Below, piece by piece: positions 34,791 to 48,317 of a stretch of 64,000 nt of DNA (within the stretch, counting starts at the first letter, position 1; each line of letters starts with the position of its first letter). The notes under the pieces were generated by a model. It was not told the DNA's origin, searched no databases, and saw only the letters and a list, made by a program, of their open reading frames with translations. This stretch comes from Squalus acanthias. Its lineage: Eukaryota. Position numbers and translations under genes: made by a program. Where the stretch lies: the NCBI GenBank assembly GCA_030390025.1, contig CM059444.1, positions 61,938,001 to 62,002,000 on the forward strand, in the 5' to 3' direction.

Positions 34791-36599
34791 AATCCATCTT
34801 TCTCTCTGCCCTCTATGAGGAAGCATCTGATATCCACTCATCACTATTATGCCTGTGACAGCACAGCTGAAATGGGGAATTCTAACCCCTGCCCGCCCCC
34901 GCTATACTGTGCCACCTTGCCAGTCCCCTCTGCGTTTTCTAGTGGAGAATTCCAGCACTCTACTACTGGAGGTACCACGCTATCCTTCAACAGATGTACG
35001 GTGAAGTGGGACTTAAGTGCATCGTATACCCCACTTGTAGGGCGAACGGGCCCCGTCTTGTTGAATTAGTGCTTCAGTGCAGTGGCTCTAGTTCTCTCTT
35101 ATCTACAGTTACGAGAGGCAGCACAGCTCCTGACTCGCAGGATGCAGCTGTATGTCACATGAATACTTGGCGTTAAAAGCGATGTAAAATTACCTATAAT
35201 TATACCATTATTGTTATTACGAGGCCGTTACAGTACTGCTCATCAGTCATAATATTTGTTTTGTCAAGCTACACCTGTCTTTCCATTATGAATAATTCTG
35301 TTTAATGAATCACGTTACCATACATCTCAGTAACCATGACACTTCAAATAAACCAAAGCCATCTCGCCTGACAGGGAGAGCAATGAGAGATTGGTTACAG
35401 GAGGGAAGGGCCCCGGGAATCCAGGCCTGGCTTTGGACTTCAGTGTGTCCAAACCGATTGGCAATCCCTGCCAGATATAGCAGATGCCCAAAGCTTGGAT
35501 CACTGCTTCCCTATCTGGGGGAGCTCGGCGAGCACCTCGGTCTGAATCCTGGCCTGGCTACAAGGTGACTTGCCAATCCTCTCCCTGGCCACCAATCCCT
35601 TCCTCCCCTCAGCTTCTTTCTCTTTAAATCTCTCTCCATTTTTATTTCTCTCTCTATCACTCTTTCTCTTTGTCTCTCTCTCTTCAATCTTGATTGTTTC
35701 CTGCCCTTGAATTTTCTTTTTAAAAAAGCATGTTTCAATTCTTAATTGACTCTAAGTTGTGTGACAGAAACTGTAGCATGGGTGCCTGAAAGGGTCTGTC
35801 TCTCTCGCTCGCTGTCTCTACCTGACTGCGTGTGTGACTGTCTGGGTGTGTGTGTGCGTGTGCGTGTGCGTGCGTGTGCGTGTGCGTGCGTGCGTGTGTG
35901 TCTGACTGTCTGGGTGTGTGCGTGTGTCTGACTGTCTGGGTGTGTGCGTGCACCCACTCCAAGTCTGTATGGAACATCTGAGGGGGTGGAAACCTGCCAG
36001 GTGCAAATCAACTGTTGTACCCCCCGCCCATGTAATCGGAGCACCACCAACCCAATACATTTTAAGCAGCGTCCCTGAAAGTGTGGCCGTGGTATGTGTT
36101 GTGTTTACTTGCTTCAATTTGTAAGCTTGCATTGATATGGCACCTTGTTATGTCCAAAGGATGTCCCAAAGTGCTTCATATAATGAGTTACTGTTGTTAT
36201 GTAGGCAAATGAGGCCGTCAACTAGCACACAGCAAGATCCCACATACAGCAAATGAGATGAATGAGCCGTTAATCTGGTGGGGGTCCCAAGACACTGGGA
36301 GAACAAAAATTGACACCGAGCCACATAAGCAGATATTAGGACTGGTGACTAAAAGCTTGTTCAAAGAGGTAGGTTTTAAGGAACATCTTAAAGGGGGAGA
36401 GAGAGGTAGAGAGGCGGAGAGGTTTAGGGAGGGAATTCCAGAGCTTAGGGCCTAGGCAGCTGAAGACACCAGGCAACTGGCCTCAGTTCAACACCTCATC
36501 CTGAAAGATGACACCTGCAACATCGCAGCATGACCTCTGTAGCACACTGAAGTGTCAGCTTAGCTGTCGAGCTGAATTGGGACTTGAACCCACCCTCAA

Positions 36600-37070
36600 T
36601 CACTGCTGCTTCCGCTGTTTAGCATGCATGTCGTCGTGTTGCGGCTTCCCCAGGTTGGCACCTCATTTTTAGGTACGCCAGGTGCTGCTCCTGGCATGCT
36701 CTTCCGCACTCCTCATTGAACCAGGGTTGGTCCCCTGGCTTGATGGTAATTGTAGAGTGAGGGATATGCCGGGCCATGAGGTTACAGATTGTGGTGGAAG
36801 ACAATTCTGCTGCTGCTGATGGCCCACAGCGCCTCATGGATGCCCAGTTTTGAGCTGCTAGATCTGTTCTGAATCTATCCCATTTAGCACGGTGGTAGTG
36901 CCACACAACACGATGGAGGGTGTCCTCAGTCTAAAGACAGGACTTCATCTCCACAAGGACTGTGTGGTGGTCACTGCTGCCAATGCGGTCATGGACAGAT
37001 GCATCTGCGACAGGTAGATTGGTGAGGACGAGGTCAAGTAGGTTATTCCCTCGTGTTGGTTCTCTCACCC
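36600..37070 (-). mobile_element. Internal LINE ORF2 fragment (post-endonuclease region), probably the Zenon-like family
   Basis: WHYHRAKWDRFRTDLAAQNWASM...HIPHSTITIKPGDQPWFNEEC is typical of the LINE EN-RT linker. Confidence 0.75.
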
Positions 37071-37824
37071 CCGTGACACTCCCTCAAAGATCAGCCAGAC
37101 ACCCCCACAGCCAGACATCCCCTCAAAGGCCAGACACAGCCACTGCCAGACATCCCCCTCAAAGGCCAGACACACCCACTGCCAGACGTCCCCTCAAAGG
37201 CCAACGCGCGAGGAAGTTGCAGGTCCCACTGGGAGGCAAACAGAAGTGTGTGAGGGGGACGCATTCTCCAGACCGGTGGAATGTCGAGAAACCTCAGGTC
37301 TCCGCTGAGCTTTCTGCAGCATCAGCAGATGACAAGTTGAAAAAGTTGTGCTAACAACAAATCAACACTGGAAGCAGGAGACGGCAAGAAAATAAAGCAT
37401 GGCGCCCGAGGCCCAATATGGGAAGTACAGAAGTAGAAATTCAGCTTCCTGGATAATTAGTTTCTAGGGGGAACCGTTTCTTTGGTTTGAAAAGTCATAG
37501 AACTCTCCCAAGAATCAACTCTGCCCTCGGGTGAGCGAATTTGTGCGACTGTCAGTGTAACTCTTCTCTAATCCATGATGCCCTCAAACACATCCTTCCA
37601 CTCCAGCTTGGCAAGCTGCGACATCTCTCACCGTGAAGAGCAGAAAAATACTTCAAAAACAAGGTTGAAATTTAAAACTTTACCATAAAGGCCGAAAGCT
37701 GACAGAAAGGAAATTTAGAAACATGCCATCCCATCACTCATTTTTTTTAAAAAAACACTTCACAGGAAGGAAGGAAGCAAACAGCATGGAGGGGAATAGC
37801 AACTTTGTGTTAGAATTCTATCCT

Positions 37825-38185
37825 GGGTGAGTGCAGCTCCAACAACACTCAAGAAGCTCGACACCATCCAGGACAGAGCAGCCCGCTTGATTGGCACCCC
37901 ATCGACCACCTTAAACATTCACTCCCTCCACCACCGGCGTACCGTGGCTGCAGTGTGTACCATCTACAAGATGCACTGCAGCAACTCGCCAAGGCTTCTT
38001 CGGCAGCACCTCCCGAACCCACGACCTCTACCACCTAGAAGGACAAGGGCAGCAGGCGCATAGATCACCACCACCTCCAAGTTCCCCTCCAAGTCACACA
38101 CCAAGACTTGGAAGTATATCGTCGTTCCTTCATCGTCGCTGGGTCAAAACCCTGGAACTCCCTCCCCAACAGCACTGTGGGAGTT
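37825..38185 (+). mobile_element. CR1-Zenon-like LINE 3' fragment
   Basis: SAAPTTLKKLDTIQDRAARLIGTPSTTLNIHSLHHRRTVAAVCTIYKMH. Confidence 0.8.
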
Positions 38186-39562
38186 ATTTACATTACTGTT
38201 TAACTTAGTAGCTGCAAACTCTATCAATTTCTACTTCAACACTCCAGCTACGCTTAACCACTGCTGTAAAACTTCTGTTGTGCTATGGCTACTATTTGTT
38301 GCACCCTCACCTGAGTCAGAAGGTCATGGGTTCAAGGCCCACTCCAGAGACTTGAGCGCATAAATCTAGGCTGACACTCCCAGTGCAGTGCTGAGAGAGT
38401 GCTGCACTGTCGGAGGTGCCGCCTTTCGGATGAGACGTTAAACCGAGGCCCCGTCTGCTCTCTCAGGTGGACGTAAAAGATTCCGCTGCACCGAGCAGGT
38501 GAGTTCCCCAATATTTCTCGCTCCCCCAACATCACTGCGAAACAGATTGTCTGGCCATTTACCACATTGCTGTTTATGGATTTGAGCACAGCAGCCCACT
38601 GACCCTGAGACAGGTAAGAGCTGAAGGCATCAGTAGAAAAAGATGATGTGGTGGGTGATGGGGTCTCTCCAGGGTCTGTGTCCGCCCTCATGCTGTGTCT
38701 CCAGGTACGAGCACAGCGGCACATCCAACGCTATTTACAGATTCAACTTTTAACATGAAAATACAATTCACTGAAAACTAAAGAGATACTGTCTACAGAA
38801 AAGGGATAAGCCTTTACATCCTCTCTCAGTCTATCACACTAATGTTGCATTTTGCACCAGATTCCCTAACGCCGATCTAAATCCCCCAGGTTAAACATCC
38901 CACGGCCAAAGAAATTACCAGCGACTCACTGCTAACACAGCCAGTTGCTGAGTTTACTTCAGCACATGGTTTTAGCATTAATGAACTGACTCTTTTTTAA
39001 AATAGATAGATATATATTAAGCCACAGAAGGTTGGGTTGAAGGAAATGGCTGAAGGGTCGATAACCAGAGGGCACAGATTGAAGGTGATTGGCAAATAAG
39101 AAAGAGGCGACGTGAGGAAAAACTTTTATTTTACGCAACGAGTGGTTAGGATTTGGAATGCACGGCCTGATAGGGCGGTGGATACAGATTCAATAATAAA
39201 TAGCCTTCAAAAGGGAATTGGATAAATACTTGAAGGAGAAAAAAATTGCAGGGATATGAGGAAAGCTCTGCAAGTCCCTCCCTAAACCTCTTCACCCTTC
39301 TCGCCTCCTTTAAGACGCTCCTTCAAACCTACAACTTTGCCCAAGCTTTTGGTCACCTGTCCTAATATCTCATGTGGCTCGGTGTCAAATTTTGTCCGAT
39401 TACGCTCCTGTGAAGTGCCTTGGGACATTTTACTACGTTAAAGGCGCTATATAAATGGAAGTTGTTGTTGTTGTTGGGAAAGAGCGGGGGAGTGGGACTA
39501 ACAGGATCGCTCTTCAAAACAGACTCGATGGGCCGAAAGGCCTCCTTCTGTGCTGTTCTAAT

Positions 39563-40168
39563 NNNNNNNNNNNNNNNNNNNNNNNNNNNNNNNNNNNNNN
39601 NNNNNNNNNNNNNNNNNNNNNNNNNNNNNNNNNNNNNNNNNNNNNNNNNNNNNNNNNNNNNNNNNNNNNNNNNNNNNNNNNNNNNNNNNNNNNNNNNNNN
39701 NNNNNNNNNNNNNNNNNNNNNNNNNNNNNNNNNNNNNNNNNNNNNNNNNNNNNNNNNNNNNNNNNNNNNNNNNNNNNNNNNNNNNNNNNNNNNNNNNNNN
39801 NNNNNNNNNNNNNNNNNNNNNNNNNNNNNNNNNNNNNNNNNNNNNNNNNNNNNNNNNNNNNNNNNNNNNNNNNNNNNNNNNNNNNNNNNNNNNNNNNNNN
39901 NNNNNNNNNNNNNNNNNNNNNNNNNNNNNNNNNNNNNNNNNNNNNNNNNNNNNNNNNNNNNNNNNNNNNNNNNNNNNNNNNNNNNNNNNNNNNNNNNNNN
40001 NNNNNNNNNNNNNNNNNNNNNNNNNNNNNNNNNNNNNNNNNNNNNNNNNNNNNNNNNNNNNNNNNNNNNNNNNNNNNNNNNNNNNNNNNNNNNNNNNNNN
40101 NNNNNNNNNNNNNNNNNNNNNNNNNNNNNNNNNNNNNNNNNNNNNNNNNNNNNNNNNNNNNNNNNNNN
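39563..40168. other. Assembly gap (N run)
   Basis: N run. Confidence 1.
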
Positions 40169-40589
40169 GAACGCCACACTTCTCCGGGCCGTCCACCCCT
40201 CTTCTCGCTCTTCTCACGAGCCCCACATTGTGTAAAAATGAAACACGTCGCCTCTATCACGAGTCTATCCTCAGCTCACAGGAGCAAACACAGCGCACCC
40301 CAAGAGGGGTGAGGGGAGATAAGCGTGACGCTTCGGGACGAGCGTTTCACCACGTTAAAAGCCGCTATATAAACACAAGTCGTTGTTGCTCATCAAGTAA
40401 ACAAGCTGACAAGGAAGCCGTTGCGTTTTCACGAAATTTTATTGCTTTTTAAAATACTAACCGATCGATTGATTTGGTCATTTTTTTGACGACACCGAGG
40501 CTGCGATCCAGCCCGGTACACCGTTAGTAGTAGGGCTCCGGCCTGGATGTAGGCCGCATTAATAAACCATTGGGTTCAGTCAAACTATT

Positions 40590-41130
40590 ATCTACAAGGC
40601 ACAAGTAAGGAGTGTGATGGAATACTCTCCACTTGCCTGGATGAGTGCAGCTCCAACAACACTCAAGAAGCTCGACACCATCCAGGACAAAGCAGCCCGC
40701 TTGATTGGCACCCCATCCGCCACCTTAAACATTCACTCCCTCCACCACCGGCGCACCGTGGCTGCAGTGTGTACCATCTACAAGATGCACTGCAGCAACT
40801 CGCCAAGGCTTCTTCGGCAGCACCTCCCAAACCCGCGATCTCTTCCACCTAGAAGGACAAGGGCAGCAAGTGCATGGGAACTGCACCACCTCCAAGTTCC
40901 CCTCCAAGTCACACACCATCCTAACTTGGAAATATATCGGCTGTTCCTTCATCGTCGCTGGGTCAAAATCCTGGAACTCCCTACCTAACAGCACTGTGGG
41001 AGTACCTTCACCACACGGACTGCAGCGGTTCAAGAAGGTGGCTCACCACCACCTTCTCAAGGGCAATTAGGGATGGGCAATAAATGATGGCCTTGCCGGC
41101 GACGCCCACATCCCATAAACGAATAAAAAA
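40590..41130 (+). mobile_element. CR1-Zenon-like LINE 3' end
   Basis: Near-identical to 19875-20410 and ends in an A-rich tail. Confidence 0.8.
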
Positions 41131-41346
41131 AAGGTTAATTTTATCTACAACATTTGCAGCTTGACAGATACCATCAACACAAGTGAACTTTTCATTAGCC
41201 ATCACATCTACTCCCACTGCACATGGATTGATCACAAAAGAGGCTTTGCTTAAAGTTACTCTACCCCACGGCTGGGGGCGTGGGAGGGGGGGTTGGAGAT
41301 GCCGCACGGAGCAGCACGACACGCGGACATTGCTGAAGTGACCTAC

Positions 41347-41537
41347 CTTGGTGATTTTGGGATCGGTGCATCTGCTGTCCGCGCTGCTCTGGTGCATCCA
41401 GTTGCTTCCCGGCGTCTGGCAGTCCTGCCGAAGCATGCACCTCTTCTCCTGGACGCACCAACCGCACTCAAACTTTGGGTCGGCCTTCAGACACATCCCG
41501 CAGCTCTCCCGGAGGGCGGCGCACTTGTACAGGTGAG
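41347..41537 (-). CDS. PLXNA1: Plexin-A1-like exon, PSI domain
   Basis: 191 nt, cctag|CTCAC...AAG|gtaggt. (A)[63 protein letters not shown] shows the plexin PSI Cys pattern (CxxC, CGWC). Confidence 0.93.
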
Positions 41538-42074
41538 CTAGGAGGAGGGGAGGGAGGGAGGGAGGAGAAGAGAGGGAACAGAAGGGAAAGAAAACGTTAC
41601 AAAAGGTTCCTGTGATGGTTCGCGAACCGATTGGAGAGAGAGAGAGAGAGAGACAGAAAGTCGATGAGAACCCAGGCCTCCCGGCAGATATGGTGCCCGT
41701 CACTAAAGGCTCCTTCCAGCGTTTAAACCAGAACACACTGCACCGTGGAAAGAGTGGGTTTGGACCCCTTACCAGACACATAACCCATGCACCAATCGCA
41801 GGGTTGCCACCCACTGGGTGCTGGAGTGGGCCCACCTTGTACAGTGTGGGTCATTTAGATAAACCAAGACTAAAAATTAATACTGGGGTAAAACATAGAG
41901 CATTGGACAGCCACAAGACCGTTCACCACATGAGCCTGTCCTTATACACAGCAAGTTAGCAGGCTCTATAATCCAATGCAGGCCACAGTGTTGATGTTTG
42001 GCCTGGTTCACTGATTACGTCTACAGAGAGGGAGATGGTCCTCGGGGCTGTGATACTCCCCAGTTGACTTCAAA

Positions 42075-42545
42075 TAAAGAAAGACTTGCATTTATAGAGC
42101 GCCTTTCACGACCACCGGACATCTCAAAGTGCTTTACAGCCATTGAAGTACTTTTCGAAGTGTAGTCACTGTTGTAATGTGGGAAACGCGGCAGCCAATT
42201 TACGCACAGCAAGCTCCCACAAACAGCAATGTGATAATGACCAGATAATCTGTTTTAGTGATGTTGATTGAGGGATAAATATTGGCCAGGACACCAGGGA
42301 GAACTCCCCTGCTCTTCTTCGAAATAGTGCCGTGGGATCTTTTACGTCCACCTGAGAGAGCAGACGTCTTAACGTTTAACATCTCATCCGAAAGACGGCA
42401 CCTCCGACAGTGCAGCACTCCCTCAGCACCGCACTGGGAGTGTCAGCCTAGATTTTTGCGCTCAAGTCTCTGGAGTGGGACTTGAACCCACAACCTTCTG
42501 ACTGAGCAGCGAGAGAGAGAGTGCTGCCCACTGAGCCACAGCTGA
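42075..42545 (-). mobile_element. Deu-domain SINE
   Basis: Full reverse-complement copy. Confidence 0.85.
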
Positions 42546-43244
42546 CACCTGCAGGCCACTGTCCTAATGGGGGGTGGGAGGGGGTTGGTGGGCAGGCTGC
42601 GGAGGGACAGGGGTGTCCCATTTGGACAACCAGCTTCCCTGAGAAGCTACATAGTTAAACTTGAGTGGACACTGCGGGGTACAGGCCCCCAGGTCCTGCA
42701 CCTGGATCCTTTGAGCTTAGGCAGGGGCGTCCCTACAAGGAGGCGAAGCGCGCACTCCACATCGGGCAATCAGAAACACTGCTTGTATAAGTTTCCGAAC
42801 AGCTTGGTTGGGAGCCACAAGCACAGGGTTTCAGCACGTGGGTGACCATTAATAAATGAATTAATAACTCAATGCAAGTTAGACTAAATTTGAAAGCCAA
42901 ATTATTGGCAGGCCTTAAATACCTAACTCGGACTCTCCCAGTCGATTCCAGGAGCGGGTTATTGTCGAAGGGCGAATACTTCGATCACTCTATCTGAGCG
43001 AATTTAGACGATAATTGTGCCTTTGTAATAATTGGTGAACAAAGCTGCAGAATTCGTCGTTAATTCTTTGAAAGCTGCAACTTTAATAATTACAGAGCGA
43101 TTAGCAAAATGCAGGCAAGACACTCAGCCTTGTAAGGAGAATTCTGGGGCGTGAAGTCCTGAGTCACAGTTTGTTAATCTAACAACTTTCATTCAGCCGA
43201 TTCCTCCTCATCTCAGAACTGTGACACCCGAAATACCGGCATCG

Positions 43245-43865
43245 CCGGCCCCTCCCCTTCCCGTACACGCCGGCCCCTCCCCTTCCTGTACACGCCGGCC
43301 CCTTCCTGTACACGCCGGCCCCTTCCTGTACACGTCAGCCCCTCCCCATCCCATTACATGCAGGCCCCGCCCCTTCCTGTACACGCCAGCCCCTCCCCAT
43401 CCTGTTACATGCCGGCCCTGCCCATTCCCATCACACACGAGCCCCTCCCCTTCCTGTGAAACACCAGCCCCTCCCCTTCCTGTGAAACACCAGCCCCTCC
43501 CCTTCCTGTGAAACACCAGCCCCTCCCCTTCCTGTGAAACACCAGCTCCTCCCCTTCCTGTGAAACACCAGCCCCTCCCCTTCCTGTGAAACACCAGCCC
43601 CTCCTTTTCCTGTGAAACACCAGCCCCTCCCCTTCCTGTACACGCCGGCCCCTCCCCTTCCTCTACACGCCGGCCCCTCCCCTTCCTGTACATGCCGGCC
43701 CCGCCCCTTCCTGTACATGTTGGCCCCTCCCCTTCCTGTACACGCCGGCCTCTCCTCTGCCTGAACACGCCGGCCCCTCCTCTGCCCGTACACGCCGGCC
43801 CCTCCCCTTCCTGTACACGCCGGCCCCTCCCCTTCCTGTACACGCCGGCCCCGCCCCTTCCTGTG
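43245..43865. repeat. 25/26-bp C-rich minisatellite
   Basis: CACGCCGGCCCCTCCCCTTCCTGTA (25) flanking a central block of GAAACACCAGCCCCTCCCCTTCCTGT (26). Confidence 0.92.
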
Positions 43866-44091
43866 ATATCCCAGTAGTGACCGCTTGCCATTCACAATCA
43901 CCCTTGCTTTACCTGGGTTGGCCAAATTCGAACCCTCCTCATAAACTTGTCTCCTTGTTCAATGCCTTCCCTATGTGAGGACGAATCACTTGTTTTGGCA
44001 GAACCCAATATAGGCCTCTAGGGAACTTGGAGTCAACAAGGTCCATCGTTTCCTCAAAAAACGACAGTAACTTTTAGCCAACACCTCCCTC

Positions 44092-44337
44092 TAGGGTTGC
44101 CAACTCTGGTTGGATATATTCCTGGAGGATTCATCACATGACCTCCCGCCACCAATCGCCCCCACCCTCCCGCCATTGGTCGCCCCGCCTCGCCTTCCCA
44201 CGGCCAATTGGATGATTCTTGACCGTCAGTCTTTTTTCCTCATCCCCAATATTTTTCTAACTATTAAACAAAAGGGTTTGTGCTGGCAGTGTCCAGGAGC
44301 CTCCAGGCCACTCCAGGAGGGTTGGCAAGCGACTCTA
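44092..44337 (+). mobile_element. hAT-type MITE family B
   Basis: Ends TAGGGTTGCCAAC... and ...GTTGGCAA(GCG)ACTCTA, with perfect 8-bp TSD CCTCCCTC (44084-44091, 44338-44345). Confidence 0.75.
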
Positions 44338-46044
44338 CCTCCCTCTATCCCTCTCAGTCAACAGATGCTTCCCCCCCCTCACCATGTACTTTGCACAGCT
44401 CAACATTGGCCAACTTCCTGGTCTCAAAGACCTTGTGGGACTCTCGAAAACATAAGAATTAGGAGCAGGAGTCGGCCATAGGGCCCCTCGAGCCTGCTCC
44501 ACTATTCAATATCATGGCTGATCATCAACTTCAACTCCACTTTCCCCCCCGATCTCCATATCCCTTGATTCCCCTAGAGTCTAAAAATCTATCGATCTCA
44601 GCCTCGAGTATACTCAACAACTCAACATCCACAGCCCTCTGGGGTAGAGAATTCCAAAGATTCACAGCCCTCTGAGTGAAGAAATTCCTCCTCATCTCAG
44701 TCTTAAATGGCCGTCTCCTTATCCTGAGACTGTGACCCTGTGTTCTAGACTCTCCAGTCAGAGGAAACAGCCTCTCAGCATCCACCCTGTCAATCCCCCT
44801 CGGAATCTTGTATATTTCAATGAGATCACCTCTCATTCTTCTAAACCCCCATAGAGTATAGGCCCATTCTACGAAAACAGCACAACAAGTCCGAGAAGGG
44901 AAGCAGAGGATCACCTCACCCAACATAACGCGAATCACCTTTGTACAAAACCATGGACTTCAGCTAATTTTGATTTTGTCTGAAGTGACCTTTGCTTAAT
45001 TGAAAAGTGGCGTAAACGAACGCTTTAATTACATTAACATTCTCAGAACAAGTGAACAAATTTATTGCGTGCACAACTCGGGCTAATTTGCGCCACCTCG
45101 TCCCTCCGCGGCCCACGGGCACTTGCTTGGCCGTTAGCTTTAATGGATGAGTCACACGCTCATTTGTCTTGTCCCTCGGAAGAAAATTTTCCCCCGGCCT
45201 AATTTCATTATCGAGGGGTCTGCCGAGTGACAGCAGCTCAAGTACGGCCTTTCAAAGGAGCACAGCCAACTGCGTTCACAGTTTTACATTGCTGACAACC
45301 AATTCCTTCTCCCCCCCTCCCCACCCCCGTCCCAGCCCGCAATAGGAACAGGAGGGGGCCATTCAGCCCCTCGAGCCTGTTCTGCCATTCAGTGAGATCA
45401 TGGCTGATCTGCGACCTAACTCCATATAGGGGTAGGACATTTAGGACTGAGATGACGAGAAATTTCTTCACTCAGAGGGTGGCGAACCTGTGGAATTCTC
45501 TACCACAGAAGGCTGTGGAGGCCAAGTCACTGAATATATTTAAGAAGGAGATAGATAGATCTCTAGACACAAAAGGCATCAAGGGGTATGGGGAGAGAGC
45601 GGGAATATGGTATTGAGATAGAGGATCAGCCATGATCTCATTGAATGGTGGAGCAGGTTCGAAGGGCCGAATGGCCTACTCCTGCTCCTATTTTTCTATG
45701 TTTCTACCCACCTTTGCCCCATATCCCTTAATACCTTTGGTTATTAAAATCTATCAATCTCAGATTTAAAATTAACAATTGATCTAGCATCAATTGCTGT
45801 TTGCGGAAGAGAGTTCCAAACATCTACCACCCTTTGTGTGTAGAAGTGTTTCCTAACTTCACTCCTGAAAAGTCTGCCTCTAATTTTTAGACTGTGCCCC
45901 CTAGTCCTAGAATCCCCAACCAACGGAAATAGTTTCTCTCTATCTACCCCATCTGTAACGCATTATATTTTCCTCTGCTCAATGGAAAGCGGGAGAAGTG
46001 TCAATCTTTCTTTGTAATTTGTGATCCAACAAAAATCATGGGAA

Positions 46045-46604
46045 GGGGTTGCCAACTCTGGTTGGATGTATTCCTGGATCTCCCGCCTCTGCACTCCCGC
46101 CATTGGTCACCAAACAGGTCCACCTTAGCGTCGCACGACCTTCCCACGGCTAGATAGAAAGTTAACAGACTCTTCATTATCTGATTGGATGATTCTTGAC
46201 CGTCAGAATCAGCCTTTTCTCACCCCACCACCCCCCGCCCTATCTCCAATAACTAAAACAAATTTATTCATAGATTTTTTTTAAAAATACCATTTTATTT
46301 AACCCCACCCGCCCCCCCCACCCCCCACCCCCGAATGATTTCTCTCCAGGGTTACTTTCGGCAGTGTCCAGGAGATTAAACTTTAATTGCTGGAGACTCC
46401 AGGGCAATGTTTCCTGCGAGCTGCGCTTCGTTCTGCGCGGCCCTGTTTCTTTTAGTCCGCGGTCCCTTTAAATTTCTGCGCGCGCGCGGCGGTGTTTACA
46501 TTGGAGAAGCCGGTGAGCGGCCCGCGCGGGACCTTTCCCATTGCCACGCGGGACCTTTCCCAGGAACATCGCTCCAGGGCAATCCAGGAGGGTTGGCGAC
46601 CCGA
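46045..46604 (+). mobile_element. hAT MITE family B copy containing a family-A-like MITE (46405-46571)
   Basis: Outer ends GGGTTGCCAACTCT and AGGGTTGGCGACCC. Inner element flanked by perfect TSD CTCCAGGG (46397-46404, 46572-46579). Confidence 0.7.
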
Positions 46605-48317
46605 GAAGGAGCGGCTTTTGGGACCTGCGATTCCCGGAGACGCCACCTCGTCGAGCGGTGCCAAGTGAATGTCAGCCTAATCACAAGGCCCCAAGCAACA
46701 ATGATCGCTTGACGGTAGCCAAGCAGTTAATGAGCCACTTGGACTGGTGCAAGCGTTTGCCCAAACGGCTTTGGGGAAGAGAGTAAAATTTGCACCAAGT
46801 GGCCAAAATGTTGACCAACGTTCAGCTGATTTTAGGACCGGGCCTCAGTAGCAACCTCAAGTCATCAACGGAACAGGAAAATGCAAAATTCACTTTTGCC
46901 GGGGATTGGGGGGGGGGGGGGGGTGGGTGGGGAGAGGGGTTAAGGGAAGGGCAGCCCCCCCCCCCCAACACTGCAAAGATTTGTCACAGAGACTCAACAT
47001 GAGCTCAGAGGGACCTGGTGGGAGACCGAGAAGAGATTGCACGATGCTCGAGGGCAAGAACAGAGACAAAGCACGTCAATGTAAAGCTCCAGCTCTGGAT
47101 GTACAGGTACATGACAGAGAGTAGATGGTGTTCAAGATAGAAAGAAGAATTGACTCCAAAGCACCATGATATACATAACCAATGGCAACTAAATCCTTGC
47201 TCTCTGACTAAAAACTCCCGTCGTAAAAACCCAACCGGTTCACTAATGTCCCTTTAGGGAAGGAAACCTGCCGCCCTCACCCGGTCTGGGCCTATATGTG
47301 ACTCCAGTCCCCACACCAACGTGGTTGACTCTTAACCGCCCTGTGAAGTGGCCTAACATGATAGGGATGAGCGATAAATCTCGCCAGCGACACCCACATC
47401 CCGAAAAATGGACTTTAACAAAACACACCAGGTCTTATTTAACAGTAAAATATTCCATTTTCACTGGTAAGACTTCAAAAATGTATGTCTCAACAAGGAA
47501 AAAATGTTTCTGTTTTGCTATAATCCATTTTTGGGATCGGTACAAATTCTAAGACTAATAAAACGGTCTCAATGCTTTCTATCAACATTACACCTCCGTT
47601 GGCTCACGCGTTTTCTTCAATAGGATTATCAAAGAGAGAAATTTGGCCCATAGGGTTTAGAGTGAAAGAGGAGAAAAAATATCTACTCTATGAAGAGTCT
47701 CAAGTGGCAGTTAGCCCAAAGCAAGCACTCACTAATTAAACACTGCTCCTGAATGTGATCACATCATTCTGAATGCCATAAAGAGAGAGATCTGTGGCCT
47801 TATCAGTGCGGTATCTGTGTGTCTTTTACATCAATGAACGAAACGACGTCTGCAAAGGTTGGATCTTTCTCTCCCCGCTTTCTACAGTCACTGTCTCGAC
47901 TGGGTTTAACCAGTTCTCCATGATTACGTAATGAAGTCACAACGTGTAGATTACCGATTTAACAGTTGGGTAGGGAGCAATGATCCCAGAGGTTACCAAT
48001 ACGTTGGATATTAAGGATTTGCCCCTCCGCACCCCCGGTCACTGTGCTTTATTTGCTTCAAGAGCGGTTGGCTGGAGCCGCAATGATGTTTGCAAAGACA
48101 AGAGTCAGCGAGGGTCGCCACTCAATCCCGACATCAAGTAGCCAGCCAGTCCTCACCAACAAGGCTCACACGGGAAGAATGGCCACTCGCGATCCTGCCA
48201 GTGCCCCTGGAACCGTGCCCCTGGGACCGTGCCCCTGGAACCGTGCCCCTGGAACCGTGCCCCAGCGCGCGTCAGGAAACGAGAAGAAAAAGGGAAGAAA
48301 ATCGCAGTTATACAGAA

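Noticed and set aside
39362-40312. Long ORFs spanning N runs (also near 25.7 kb and 61.6 kb)
   Set aside because: Artefacts of assembly gaps.
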